From positions 10,790,001 to 10,854,000 of the forward strand of contig CM075994.1 of assembly GCA_038087875.1 (NCBI GenBank): a stretch of DNA of 64,000 nucleotides, written 5' to 3'. Under the pieces are notes generated by a model that worked only from the letters and a program-made list of their open reading frames with translations, did no database searches and had not been told where the DNA came from. The stretch is from Malacoraja senta. Lineage: Eukaryota. Made by a program: the position numbers and the translations under genes. Positions 1 through 12,867 of this stretch are shown here, in pieces; positions within the stretch are counted from its first letter, which is position 1, and each line of letters opens with the position of its first letter.

Positions 1-165
1 GAGTTAGATATAGCTCTTAGGGATAATGGAATCAAGGGATATGGGGGAGAAGGCAGGAACAGGGTACTGATTTTGAATGATCAGCCATGATCAAATTAAA
101 TGGCCCTCGCTCGAAAGGCCGAAAGGCCTATTCCTGCACCTATTTTCTATGTTTCCATGTTTCTA
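1..165 (+). mobile_element. CR1 LINE 3' end
   Basis: Ends with GGATATGGGGGAGAAGGCAGGAACAGGGTACTGA...CCTGCACCTATTTTCTATGTTTCCATGTTTCT, the same 3' end and tail as the RT-encoding CR1 at 12868-14728. Confidence 0.85.
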
Positions 166-779
166 CTTTTCAATGGTGACATTTTGGAGAGTGAATGCAT
201 TGATATGGAATGGAACAAGATTCTCATGAACTGGGCCAATGGGCGGATTAAAGGCTGATTTATTTAACTCGGTTAAAAATGATGCGTTGGAAAGACATGA
301 CAGGGTAGATTATACACATTAAAAAGTTACCCCTTGTATTATTTTTAGCAGACTAGGGAGACATTGGAATGCAGACATACAGATCCATGAAAATGGCATC
401 AGGGATGGGCAGGGAGGCGACGGAGGCGTTTGACACATTTGGTGGGTCCGTGTGGGTATGAAATACAGGATTTGATACAACTGTACAAGACACTAGTGAG
501 ATACACACCTCCAGATTCGGGGACAGTTTCTTCCCAGTTTATATCAGGCAACTGAATCATATTTCCACAACCAGACAGCAGTGCTGAACTACTATCTACA
601 TTTATGGTGACCCTCGGACTGTACATGATCGGACTTTGCTGGCTTTACCTTGCACTAAACGTTATTTCCTTATCATGCATCTATACACTGGAAATGGCTT
701 GATTTCCTGCAAATTGGATCGCACGCAACAAGAGCTTTTCACTGAACAATAAACTAAACTGAACAACTGAACTGACTGC

Positions 780-1210
780 ATTGATAGTACCTTCCTCCTC
801 ACCTCCATCCAGGGATCACTGCCTTCCTTCCAAATGAGACAAAGGTTCACGGTCACCTCATCCACTGCATCCTGTATTCCTGGTGACGCCTGGTGCACAT
901 TCGTGTGACAGTCCAGAGTCGCTGACAATTTAGCTGACACTTGCACTCTGTCAGCCAAAGCTGCCGGATGCCAACCATTTTAACTCCTCTTCCCATTCCC
1001 ACGTTGGCCTTTCTGTACTGGGCCTTCTCCGTTGCCAGAGTGAGGCCATACACAAGCTGGAGGAACAGTGCCTCATATTCCCAACAACTTCAATAACAGT
1101 AATGTTTTATGTGCAACGGGACTGACAGACTCAGGGCAAATTTCGACCAGAGACTCGGAATGTTAACTCATGTCCTCTCTCCGCAGATCCTGCCTGACCA
1201 ACTGCGGGCC
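780..1210 (+). mobile_element. Degraded Penelope-like element fragment (GIY-YIG region and terminus)
   Basis: Recognisable but decayed homology to 63480-63960 (AGGTTCAC...ACCTCAT..., AAGCTGGAGGAACAGTGCCTCATATTC). Confidence 0.6.
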
Positions 1211-2285
1211 CATCCCAAGCCCACTTGACTATCTCAGCTTTGTCCACCCACACAACACGGGTCTGGGCTCAGGCAAAAACGCCTGAGTCAGAGATTGTGC
1301 AGCCCACTTTGTTGGGATTTGGGAATGCTGATTACAAATCTGGAAGATTACGGACATGGGGTGTGGAATGGCAACATTGCTTGAATGAGCGAAGATTATT
1401 TACTAACATTGGAGCCAGGAACAGAAGTGTGTCCCACAGTTTAAGGAGGGAAAGTTGTGAGGAGTGATGTAGATGCAAACTCAGATTAAGGACAAGTAAG
1501 AATTTCATTACTCCGCCTCGGTACAGATGACAATTAACAACTCATGACAATCACTCTCTCTCTTGGGCTGAGGGCGGCGATTAAAGTTTCAGCTGATGGA
1601 TTGGGTGAAAGAAGGGAAGAAACAGAGGCAGATAATCAGAGAAAAATATGTAAAAGGCGTTGGTTCATTGAAATCAAACCCACTTACAATATTGTAGGTC
1701 AGTAGATTAATACAACAGATACATTTAATACCCTGTTGTTGCAGTTGGATAATTCGCACGACCAGTAACATTGATAAGAACCGAATAGAAAGGTTGTGTT
1801 TATTTGAATGATGTGTTTGGTGCTTCTAATACTCCAATTGAAATAAACCCAAATCACTTTGGACAGCATAGCTTGCTTTTACACTCTGTGAATGTTCCTG
1901 TCTGCAAATTGACTCTTGCATTCCAATTGCCATTCCTGGCTGCACTTCAAAGAGAATTGCACCAGTTAACCACTTTGGGGTCTCCTAAAAGAGATGCGAG
2001 GACATTGTGTCAATGTAAGCGGGTTGTTGCTGTACGCACTCGATCTTGGATGGAATAACCCATTTCCGATGCGGAAACAGGGGTAGTGGATAAACGAATT
2101 AGCCGATGGCGTCCGCGGGCTTGGAATGGACATTGGTCACTCGGGTTTTCTCTGAATTGGAGAAAGAGACGGCGAGAAACAAAGGGAAGAGTCGGGGCTC
2201 GACCAGAGCAAAGTGGGAGCTGGTTGGAGACTGGCAGTGAGGGAAATGAAGGGTTAAAGTGGTGAACGAGAGCAGGAAACAGCAC

Positions 2286-2818
2286 CGATACTCATCTATT
2301 GCATTTGCTGCTCTAGATGTCAGCTGATCTACATCGGTGAGACCAAGCATAGGCTTGGCGATCGTTTCGCCGAACACCTCCGCTCGATTCCCAAAAACCA
2401 ACCTGACCTCCCGGTGGCTCAGCACTTCAACTCCCCCTCCCACTCTGTATCCGGCCTCTCTGTCCTGGGTCTCCTCCATAGCCAGAGCGAGCAACACCGG
2501 AAATTGGAGGAACAGCACCTCATATTCTGCTTGGGGAGTCTGCATCCTGGGGGCATGAACATTGAATTCTCCCTAATTTGCTAGCCCCTGCTGTCTCCTC
2601 CCCTTCCTATCTCCCTCAGCTCTCGGGCTCCTCCTCTTCCTTTTTCCTTTCTTCTCCCGGCTGCCCCCCCCCCCCAACCCCCTATCAGTCTGAAGAAGGG
2701 TTTCGGCCCGAAACTTTGCCTATTTCCTTCGCTCCATAGATGCTGCTGCATCCGTTGAGTTTCTCCACCATTTTTGTGTACCTTCGATTTTCCAGCATCT
2801 GCAGTTCCTTCTTAAACA
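2286..2818 (+). mobile_element. Penelope-like element 3' fragment (GIY-YIG endonuclease end plus hammerhead-containing terminus)
   Basis: Translates as ...CSRCQLIYIGETKHRLGDRFAEHLRS...RKLEEQHLIF; followed by CTGAAGAAGGGTTTCGGCCCGAAAC at 2690. Confidence 0.85.
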
Positions 2819-3375
2819 CCGATACAGACATGATGTACCCGAGAGAGAGGTGAGGGAGGGGTCGGGTGGTGACTGAAACAAGGAATGATCTACGTACCGT
2901 ACAGAGAGACAGACCGAGCCTGAGCACAACGGGCTCCCATCTGGAAAGGGGAATTCGATTTGAACCCATTCTTCCAAAGATCCGTTCGAAGAAAACTAAT
3001 CTGTTGTGTGGAATCAAATGCTGCAAACACGCTATAAATTCACTGAATCTATGAGTCGGCGGACTTTAGGAACGGGGGAGCCCGGAGCTCAGGACCCGCC
3101 GCCCCCGGCTGCTGCTGATCCTGCGGGAAGGGCGATTGTTTCAATCTTTATATTTTCACAAAATTAACGGATAGGCAGCTCTGATTTTAGTTGCTGTTTA
3201 TTTCACTCTTCCCACATTTACATTCCCCCTGGTTTTATTTTCCGCGCTCAGTGGGGTTTCACGAAGCGGAATTTGGGGATTAAATGGGAGCCGTTCAGCG
3301 CTGACCTGTTGTTCACTGGTTTTCTGCCCCACATCCCCTGAGCCCCGCACCTAACGCACCCAGGATCCGACTCTT

Positions 3376-3908
3376 TTACACACCCGGAGCGGAACCGGAG
3401 CAGATTGTCAGCCACAGGTTTTCCTCCCAAGTCCAGAAGAAAGGATAAAGTTTCTCCGTGAATTTATTCCCAGTGAAGGTGTGGAGATGGGACTTGGTGT
3501 CCGCGTCATAAAGTAAAACTGTCCCAGACTCATAACTGAGATAAATTCCCACCTTCCCGGGGATGGGACGGGCGGGGAGAGGGGATAGAGGGGAGGTATC
3601 AACAACAAAGTCGTCACCCTGCCGCCCGATGCTCCAGACTCCAGTCTCCGTGGACGGCGGATCCTCTCCATTCCTCTCCACAGACTCTGCGGCGACTCCC
3701 AGACTCCAGCCACGACACTCCGCCACCTCCACCTCCCAGTAGTGTCTCCCCGATGTGAATCCCTCCGATCCCAGCACACACTCCCAGGATCTAAATCTCT
3801 TCTCGGTGTCAGGGAGATTCATGAAGATCTCGGTACATCTCACCCTCTTCCGATCCTCAGACACCTCAAGCTGCGGACCTGCTGTTTCCGCATCCAGGGT
3901 GAGGGAGA
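3376..3908 (-). CDS. TRIM-A exon 6, PRY-SPRY (B30.2) domain
   Basis: Acceptor ttctccccccag|TC; (V)SLTLDAETA...[13 protein letters not shown]...KLYPFF, stop TAA at 3378-3376. Confidence 0.92.
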
Positions 3909-6900
3909 CTGGGGGGAGAAGCAGAGAATAAGAGAGTCCCTGGGGGTTGGGGGAAGACTCGGGCGGCGCGGTCCCGGGATCGGGGAGAAGCCGCTCGGCC
4001 TCAGACACTGTCGGTCTGATAACTGAATCCTTGCTCGAGGTTTCACCCACAACATCAAAATAGATAACAGACATCGGATGGCTAACAGACATCTTTCCCG
4101 GAGTGTCCCGACCGGCCAGGTAAGGGGAAATGACGCGGGTTATCGGGAACGGGCGGGGGCTGGTGGACGAGGAAAACAAATGCGTAAAGTGAGGATAAAC
4201 GAGAGATTGCGGGTGGGGATGGAGAAATAAGGCGGATATTTAAATATCTTAATATAGAAATATAGAAAATAGGTGCAGGAGTAGGCCATTCGGCCCTTCG
4301 AGCCTGCACCACCATTCAATATGATCATGGCTGATCATCCAACTCAATATCCTGTACCTGCCTTCTCTCCATACCCCCTGATCCCTTTAGCCACAAGGGC
4401 CACATCTAACTCCCTCTTAAATATAGCCAATGAACTGGCCTCAACTACCTTCTGTGGCAGAGAATTCCACAGATTCACCACTCTCTGTGTGAAAAATGTT
4501 TTTCTCATCTCGGTCCTAAAAGACTTCCCCCTTTTCTTCAAACTGTGACCCCTTGTTCTGGACTTTCCCAACATCGGGAACAATCTTCCTGCATCTAGCC
4601 TGTCCAACCCCTTAAGAATTTTGTACGTTTCTATAAGATCCCCTCAATCTTCTAAATTCTATCGAGTACAAGCCGAGTCTATCCAGTCTTTCTTCATATG
4701 AAAGTCCTGCCATCCCAGGAATCAGTCTGGTGAACCTTCTCTGTACTCCCTCTCTGGCAAGAATGTCTTTCCTCAGATTTGGAGACCAAAACTGTACACA
4801 ATACTCCACGTGTTGTTTCGCCAAGGCCCTATACAACTGCAGTAGAACCTCCTTGCTCCTATACTCAAATCCTTTTGCTATGAATGCTAACATACCATTC
4901 GCTTTATTCACTGCCTGCTGCACCTGCATGCCTACTTTCAATGAATGGTGTACCATGACACCCAGGTCTCGTTGCATTTCCCCTTTTCCGAATCGGCCAC
5001 CATTCACATAATAGTCTACTTTCCTGTTCTTGCCACCAAAGTGGATAACCTCACATTTATTCACATTATATTGCATCTGCCATGCATTTGCCCACTCACC
5101 CAACCTATCCAAGTCACCTTGCAGTCTCCTAGCATCCTTCTCAAGCTAATACTGCCCCCTAGCTTTGTGTCATCCGCAAACTTGGAGATGTTGCATTCAA
5201 TTCCCTCGTCCAAATCATTAATGTATATTGTAAATAGCTGGGGTCCCAACACTGAGCCTTGCGGTACCCCACTAGTCACTGCCTGCCATTCTGAAAAGTA
5301 CCCGTTTACTCCTACTCTTTGCTTCCTGTCTGCCAGCCAGTTCTCTATCCACATCAATATTGAACCCCCAATACCGTGTGCTTTAAGTGTGCATATTAAT
5401 CTCTTATGTGGGACCTTGTCAAAAGCCTTCTGAAAGTCCAGATATCATACATCCACTGGTTCTCCCTTATCCACTCTACTAGTTACATCCTCGAAAAATA
5501 CTATAAGATTCGTCAGACATGATTTACCTTTCATAAATCCATGCTGACTTTGTCCAATGATTTCACCACTTTCCAAATGTGCTGCTATCCCATCTTTAAT
5601 AACTGAATCTAGCAATTTCCCCCACTACCGATGTTAGACTAACTGGTCTGTAATTCCCCGTTTTTTCTCTCCCTCCTTTTTAAAAAGTGGGGTTACATTA
5701 GCTACCCTCCAATCCTCAGGTACTACTCCAGAATCTAAAGAGTTTGGAAAAATTATCAATAATGCATCCGCTATTTCTGCGGCTACCTCCTTAAGTACTC
5801 TGGGATACAGCCTATCTGGCCCTGGGGATTTATCAGCCTTTAATCCATTCAATTTACCTAACACCACTTCCCGACTAACCTGGATTTCACTCAGTTCCTC
5901 CATAGCATTTGACCCCCGGTCCCCTGCTATTTCTGGCAGATTATTTATGTCTTCCTTAGTGAAGACAGATCCAAAGTAGTTATTCAATTGGTCTGCCACA
6001 TGATCAATTCACCTGTTTCTGACTGCAAGGGACCTACATTTGTTTTAACTAATCTTTTACTCTTCACATATCTATAAAAACTTTTGCAGTCAGTTTTTAT
6101 TTTATCTGCCAGTTTTTATGTTATCTGCCAGTTTTCTTTCATAATCTATTTTCCCTTTCCTAATTAAGCCCATTGTCCTCCTCTGGTGGACTCTAAATTT
6201 CTTCCAGTCCTCTGGTAGGCTGCTTTTTCTGGCTAATTTGTATGCTTCATCTTTTGTTTTTATAGTATCCCTGATTTCCCTTGTTATCCACGGATGCACT
6301 ACCATATAACCATATAACCATATAACCATAACAGCACGGAAACAGGCCATCTCGGCCCTTCAAGTCCGTGCCGAACATTTAAATTTTTTTTTTTTTTTTT
6401 TTTTTTAAATTAAAAATAAAATACTTCCCCCTAGTCCCATCTACCTGCACTCAGACCATAACCCTCCTTTCCTTTCCCGTCCATATACCCATCCAATCTA
6501 TTTTTAAAGGATAACATCGAACCTGCCTCCACCACTTCCACTGGAAGCTCATTCCACACAGCTACCACTCTCTGAGTAAAGAAGTTCCCCCTAATGTTCC
6601 CCCTAAACTTCTGTCCCTTAATTCTCAAGTCATGTCCCCTTGTTTGAATCTTCCCTACTCTCAATGGGAAAAGCTTATCCACGTCCACTCTGTCTAACCC
6701 GCTCATAATTTTAAAGACCTCTATCAAGTCCCCTCTTAACCTTCTGCGCTCCAAAGAATAAAGACCTAACTTGTTCAACCTTTCTCTGTAACTTAGTTGC
6801 TGAAACCCAGGCAACATTCTAGTAAATCTCCTCTGTACTCTCTCTATTTTGTTGACATCCTTCCTATAATTAGGCGACCAAAATTGTACTCCATACTCCA

Positions 6901-9900
6901 GAATTGGCCTCACCAATGCCTTGTACAATTTTAACATTACATCCCAACTTCTATATTCAATGCTCTGATTTATAAAGGCCAGCACACCAAAAGCTTTCTT
7001 TACCACCCTATCTACATGAGATTCCACCTTCAGGGAACTATGCACAGTTATTCCTAGATCCCTCTGTTCAACTGCATTCCTCAATTCGCTACCATTTACC
7101 GTGTACGTCCTATTTTGATTTGTCCTGCCGAGATGTAGCACCTCACATTTGTCAGCATTAAACTCCATCTGCCATCTTTCAGCCCACTCTTCCAAATGGC
7201 CTACATCTCTCTGTAGACTTTGAAAATCTACTTCATTATCCACAACACCACCTATCTTAGTATCATCTGCATACTTACTAATCCAATTTTCCACACCTTC
7301 ATCCAGATCATTGATGTACATGACAAACAACAGTGGACCCAACACAGACCCCTGAGGCACCCCACTAGTCACCGGCCTCCAACCTGACAAACAGCCATCC
7401 ACCATTACTCTCTGGCATCTCCCATTCAGCCACTGTTGAATCCATCTTGCTACTCCACCATTAATACCCAACAATTGAATCTTCTTAACCAACCTTCCAT
7501 GAGGAACCTTGTCAAAGGCCTTACTGAAGTCCATATAGACAACATCCACTGCTTTACCCTCATCAATTTCCCTAGTAACCTCTTCGAAAAATTCAAGAAG
7601 ATTAGTCAAGCATGACCTTCCAGGCACAAATCCATGTTGACTGTTCCTAATCAGACCCTGCTTATCCAGATGCTCATATATATTATCTTTAAGTAACCTT
7701 TCCATTAATTTGCCCACCACTGACGTCAAACTAACAGGTCTATAATTGCTAGGTTTACTCTTCGAACCCTTTTTAAACAACGGAACAACATGCGCAGTAC
7801 GCCAATCCTCCGGCACTATTCCCGTTTCTAATGACATTTGAAATATTTCTGTCATAGCCCCTGCTATTTCTACCCTAACTTCCCTCAATGTCCTAGGGAA
7901 TATCCTGTCAGGACCTGGAGACTTATCCGTTTTCATATTTTTCAAAAGTGTCCGCACCTCCTCTTCTTTGAATCTCACAGTTTCCATTGCTGCTCTGCTC
8001 GTTTCCCTTACCTCACATAATTCCATATCCTTCTCCTTCGTGAATACCGAAGAAAAGAAATTGTTCAATATCTCCCCCATCTCTTTTGGCTCTGCAGATA
8101 GCTGTCCAATCTGACTCTCTAATGGACCGATTTTATTCCTTGTTATCCTTTTGCTATTAATATAGCTGTAGAAACCCTTTGGATTTCCTTCCCTGATTTA
8201 TTCTTTTGCCAAACTGGGATGAACAATTGTTGTAGTTCATCCATGCAGCCTTTAAATGCCTTCCAATGCATATCCACCATCAACCCTTTAAGAATCAATT
8301 CCCAGTTTATCTTGGCCAATTCACGTCTCATACCCTCAAAGTTACCTTTCTTTAAGATGAGAACCCTTGTTTCTGATTTAATTATGTCACTGTCCATCCT
8401 AATGAAGAACACAACCATATTATGGTCACTCTTGCCCAAGGGGCCACGTACAACAAGACTGCTAACTAACCCTTCCTCCGTACTCAATACCCAGTCTGGA
8501 ATAGCCTGCTCTCTCGTTGGTTGCTCTACATGTTGGTTTAGAAAACTATCCCGCATACATTCCAAGAAATCCTCTTCCTCAGCATCCCTGCCAATTTGAT
8601 TCACCTAATCTATATGTAGATTGAAGTCACCCATTATAACAGCTTTACCTTTGTTGCACGCATTTCTAATTTCCTGTTTGATGCCATCCCCAACTCCACT
8701 ACTACTGTTAGGTGGCCTGTACACAACTCCCACTAGCGTTTTCTGCCCCTTAGTGTGTCGCAGCTCTACCCATATCGATTCCACATCCTCCAAGCTAATG
8801 TCCTTCCTTTCTATTGCGTTAATCTAACCAGCAACGCTACCCCACCTCCTTTTCCTTTCTGTCTATCCCTCCTGTATATTCAATATCCCTGGATGTTCAG
8901 CTCCCAGCCTTGGTCACCCTGGAGCCATGTCTCCGTGATCCCAACTATATCGTATTCATTAATAACTATCTGCATATTCAACTCATCCACCTTATTACGA
9001 ATGCTCCTTGCATTGAGACACAAAGCCGCCAGGCTTGTTTTTACAACACTCTTGCCCCTTATACAATTATGTTGAAAAGTGGCCCTTTTTGATTTTTGCC
9101 CTGGATTTGTCTGCCTGCCATTTTTACTTTTCACCTTGCTACCTTTTGCTTCTACCCTCATTCTACACCCCTCTGTCTCTCTGCCCATGCTCCCATCCCG
9201 CCTGCCACATTAGTTTGCCATTAGATGGCTTGGGAGAGGCAGATTAGAAGATGAGGAAACTGGTGCGAGTGTTAATTAGAGGTGGTTAAAGAGGATGTAG
9301 AGATGTGGGGTGGAGTTGCCGTGATCATATTGAACGGGAGTGGATTGGACGCACGAGGCCATCTGCTACTGTTTCCTTACTTTCTTTAGAGGAGGGTGGA
9401 TTTGATGCGTCTGTACAACCAAGAACACTATGATCTCATTGTGAAACAATATGTGAACTTTGCTGGGGGACCAGACAATGTTTTGCATGCAAGGCTGGTC
9501 CAGAAAGTGAAGGCAGGTGGGATCCAAGACGAGTTGTAAAATGGTTCCAAAATTGTCTTGGTGGTTGGAGGTGGAAGGTAGCAGTGGAAGGATGTTCTGC
9601 TTGGAGGACTGTGACTGGTGGTGTGCAGCAGAGATCGGTGCTGCAACCTTTGTTGTTTATTTTCTATTTTCGTGGCTTGGATGTGAATGTAGGAGGTGTG
9701 AAAAGTACGTTTGTGGAGAATGGGAAATCTGGGAAGCGAGGAAGTCTGCCAAAGTCTGCAACAAGATATAGGCTAGATCATCAAAACCTAATTGTCATGC
9801 AGGGATATCAATATTGGAGGACGTCATTTCCTTCATGCACAGAGTTGTAAGAAGTATCAGTTTTACCTCGTTTGATGATATCAGATGTTTCTCTCAATGC

Positions 9901-12416
9901 CATGTTGTGGAAAAAAGTGAGATCAAACTTTTCAATCGGGAACCCACCCTCTATCACACCATCTACCACACACATTGGTTGAGCTTCATCACTAAACCTG
10001 CAAATATTTAACAGCTGGTTAGAAACTGAGCATTCGCTGTTTTTTTGAGCTGTACTATAAAAGCATACATTGTTTCAGACAAAAGCATGTCCTACCTCCT
10101 CTTGCGAACAGCTTGCTCCTGAAATAAATAAAACACAAATCTAAGTAGACTGAGATGGATCATGATCCCGACGGCAGTTATTTCACCAAATTGCTACAAA
10201 AAAAACCTCTGATAATTCCAATTTCCCAACTCTTTGCAGCTCTCCCACAGACAGAAAGTGGATATTGTCGTGGAGAAATCGAACACAGGGGGAAGCATTA
10301 CTGCGAGTATGCAAGTTACGAATCAAACCGGGCAGGTCGTGGGATTTTATCTGGAGAAGATGCCAGAGATAATAGGATGGAATATTTTAAGGTCAGCGGT
10401 GGATTTAAATGGGTGGGGGTTGGAAATATTATCACTACTTGTGGGAAAAAGAAAGATAAAGCCTGGAATGTATGATGGCCTTTAATAAATTCCACAAAAA
10501 ATGTAGTAAAGAGAACGTGGAACTCGGAGGGTGGCCTGAAGACAATATTGCAGATACATTTAAGTTGAAGTGGGATAAATACATGAGGATTCCTGGAATT
10601 TGGGGCATTTTTGTCGGATGTGGTGAGTAGATGGAACAGATGGAACATTGACCCAGTACTGATTTACTGGTAAATGCAGCATTTATTTCAGTAATTTAAC
10701 CCACCATTTTGTGACTGTGCACTTTCACTTCAACAAATTGTAGTGTAACCCCTCACCTTCAGAAATATCACGCCGTCCTTGTGATCTATCTGTTCTTGTA
10801 ACTTTGAGAGTTCCTTCTGAATGGAATTTAAATTATTTTGTATCTCTTGAAGATTTTCCTCCATTGTTTTTACAATTTTCTTCTCTTCTTCCTGGATATC
10901 TCCGAGTAAGCGCTGCTCTTTCTCCACGAGGATGTGGTGCAGTTCAGCAAACTGGGATGTGACCTGTGACTGAAGGTTGTGTGACTCTTCCTATCAGAGA
11001 AAGATAAGATTCAATATATTATGTCACTCTGAGTGCAGGAAAATGCCATTCGGCCCAACATGTCCATGAGCTTCGTATGTATCTACACTAATCCAATTTA
11101 CATGTATTTAATTCGTAGCTTTCATTACCGAGGCAATTCAAGAGCTTCTCTCAATAATTCTGAAATATTTTGTGAAAGTTATGTACAATCACATAATTCC
11201 CATTTCACCAATTCAATTCCCTGCAACCTAAACCATTTTATATGTCCATTAACCCTCACAGGACAGAACTAGGTCACCAGAACTAGCAGACAGCAGCACC
11301 ACTTAGAACAAAATACTTCATAGAGTCATACAGCAAGGGGTGTTAGATACCGACCAAGGCGCCCCATCTGCGCTAATTCCACCTGCCTGCATTTGGCCCA
11401 GATAGCTCTAAAACTTTTCTCTCCACGAATCTGTTCAAATACTTTTCAACTGTTGTTATGGTACCTGACTCAACTACCTCTTCTGGCAGCTCGTTCCATA
11501 TACCCACTATCAAAGTCGTCCTTCGCGTTCCTTTTAAATCTTTTCCCTCTCACCTAAAACATATACCCTCATATTCTCGCCCCCCCCCCCTACTAAGGGT
11601 AAAAGACTGATCATCCAACGTATCATTTCGTTTCATGATATTATACGCCTGCCACAGACAATTCTTCAGACTCCTGCGTTCCAGGGAGTAAAGTCTTTGG
11701 CTGCTCAACCTCTCCCAAGAGTTCTGGCTCTCGACTACTGTGCTCTATAGAGGTGCCAAATTGTTGCACACATAACAGGGATTAAATCTACACAAGAACA
11801 TTAAATCGACAGCACAAACCCGAACTTCAGAAATGCTCCATTTCTGTTCTTGCTCCAATCCCTGGATGTATGATTCACTTTCTGTGAGAGATTTGAAGGT
11901 AGATTTCACCTGGCCCTGGGGTTGGGTTTCAGATCAGAGAATAAAGAGGTCAGATAATGAACACGACATGAAACAATGAAGTGATCAGAATCGGTTTGCT
12001 TTTACCTTGTACATTTCAACAGCTTCATCTAGCGGCATGAAGCTGTGAGACTTGTGTTCCCGCCCAGCTGCACAAACCACACAGATCAGTTTCTTGTCCG
12101 TTTCACAAAACAGCTTCAGTTCTTCCTGATGTTCCTCGCAGTGAGGTTTACTTTCCTTCTCTTTGAGATTCAGGCTCAGTGCTCGAGCTTTCTCAGACAG
12201 TCTCGCCATGGCCCGATTCACTCTGAAGGTGCGGTCTGTAAACTCCTCTCTACATTCTGGGCAGGAGTTTCTCCTCTCGCTGTCCCAACTCCGTGTGATG
12301 CAGTAGCGGCAGAAGTTGTGCCCACACTCCAATGACACCGGATCGGTGAAGAAATCTAGGCAGATGGGACAAACTACCTCCTCGGTCCAACTCTCGACCT
12401 GGTCTTTCGCAGCCAT
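3376..12416 (-). CDS. TRIM-A: tripartite-motif E3 ligase (RING-Bbox-coiled coil-PRY/SPRY; TRIM39/zinc-binding protein A33/nuclear factor 7-like). Join 12416-12006, 11915-11820, 10990-10757, 10118-10096, 9997-9867, 3908-3376; 1428 nt, 475 aa
   Basis: All six exons have GT-AG boundaries, compatible phases (0,0,0,2,1) and open frames. The 411/96/234/23/131/533 exon pattern is typical of class IV TRIM genes. Orthology cannot be assigned from sequence alone. Confidence 0.88.
4251..9215 (-). mobile_element. CR1 LINE (subfamily a), long copy with APE and frameshifted RT, in TRIM-A intron 5
   Basis: ORFs 8880-9188 and 8605-8793 ([20 protein letters not shown]), 5061-5357 ([17 protein letters not shown]), 4612-5112, 4344-4607; CTATATTT-type tail at 4251. 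The paralogous TRIM-B intron (17810-17830) shows the empty site. Confidence 0.9.
6303..8186 (-). mobile_element. CR1 LINE (subfamily b), 5'-truncated, nested in CR1-a; intact RT ORF 6431-8080
   Basis: 549-aa ORF with YADDTK; (GGTTATAT)n tail at 6303-6330; host CR1-a resumes GGATGCACTAC|CTTCCCTGATTT. Confidence 0.9.
9867..9997 (-). CDS. TRIM-A exon 5 (linker, 131 nt)
   Basis: tttgcag|G TTT AGT GAT...AAA CGA G|gtaaaa; open frame [13 protein letters not shown]...ETSDIIKR; paralog at 24721-24839. Confidence 0.82.
10096..10118 (-). CDS. TRIM-A exon 4 (23-nt micro-exon)
   Basis: tttcag|GAGCAAGCTGTTCGCAAGAGGAG|gtagga; a 23-nt exon at this position is characteristic of TRIM-B30.2 genes. Confidence 0.82.
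10757..10990 (-). CDS. TRIM-A exon 3 (coiled coil, 234 nt)
   Basis: gatag|GAAGAG...CTGAAG|gtgagg; [29 protein letters not shown]...DGVIFLK. Confidence 0.88.
11820..11915 (-). CDS. TRIM-A exon 2 (coiled coil, 96 nt)
   Basis: cccag|GGCCAGGTG...GTTCGG|gtttgt; [32 protein letters not shown]. Confidence 0.85.
12006..12416 (-). CDS. TRIM-A exon 1 (C3HC4 RING plus B-box 2, 411 nt)
   Basis: CPIC...CGHNFCRYC...CPEC and CEEH...CETD...CVVC...H..H; donor AAG|gtaaaa. Confidence 0.92.
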
Positions 12417-12489
12417 TTTAAATCCTCCACTTACTGCTTCAAAATGTATTCACTGACGTGGAGCTGCTGAATATGGTCATGGTCAGGTG

Positions 12490-12768
12490 ACCGTCACGGC
12501 GGCGCAGCGGTAGAGTTGCTGCAATGCAGCGAATGCAGCGCCGGAGAACTGAGTTCGAAGCTGACTACGGGTGCTGTCTGTACAGAGTTTGTACGTTCTC
12601 CCGTGATCTGCGTGCTTTTTTCTCCGAAATCTTGGGTTCTTCAGAGGCTTGGCAAAAGTAACAAATGTCCCTAGTGGCTGTAGGATAGTGTTAATGTGCG
12701 CGGATCGCTGGTCGGCTCGGACACGGTGGGCCGAAGGGCCTGTTTGCGCGCTGTATCTCGAAACTCAA
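12490..12768 (+). mobile_element. tRNA-derived SINE (V-SINE/HE1-type) just upstream of the TRIM-A start codon
   Basis: A-box CGGCGCAGCGG and B-box AGTTCGAAGC-like head, central GAGTTTGTACGTTCTCCCCGTG block, CR1-like tail GGGCCGAAGGGCCTGTTT. Absent from the paralogous TRIM-B upstream region. Confidence 0.8.
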
Positions 12769-12867
12769 CAGTACCGTGTCGCTGCGCCCGCTGCCGTCCC
12801 GGGCAATGAGCGCTATTTTACTGCAAGTGTTCAGTGTGAAGATGTCCTGGCCTCCAACTCATCTCAA

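Noticed and set aside
3909..4179. N-terminal part of the 267-aa ORF 3376-4179, suggesting a single-exon PRY-SPRY gene
   Set aside because: It is open intron sequence upstream of a clear polypyrimidine/AG acceptor at 3909-3911 and is not conserved in frame in TRIM-B.
10721..10731. IRF/PRDM1-like motif GAAGTGAAAGT on the minus strand in intron 3 of both genes (also 50873-50883)
   Set aside because: The surrounding intron is equally conserved between the paralogues, so retention is not evidence of function.
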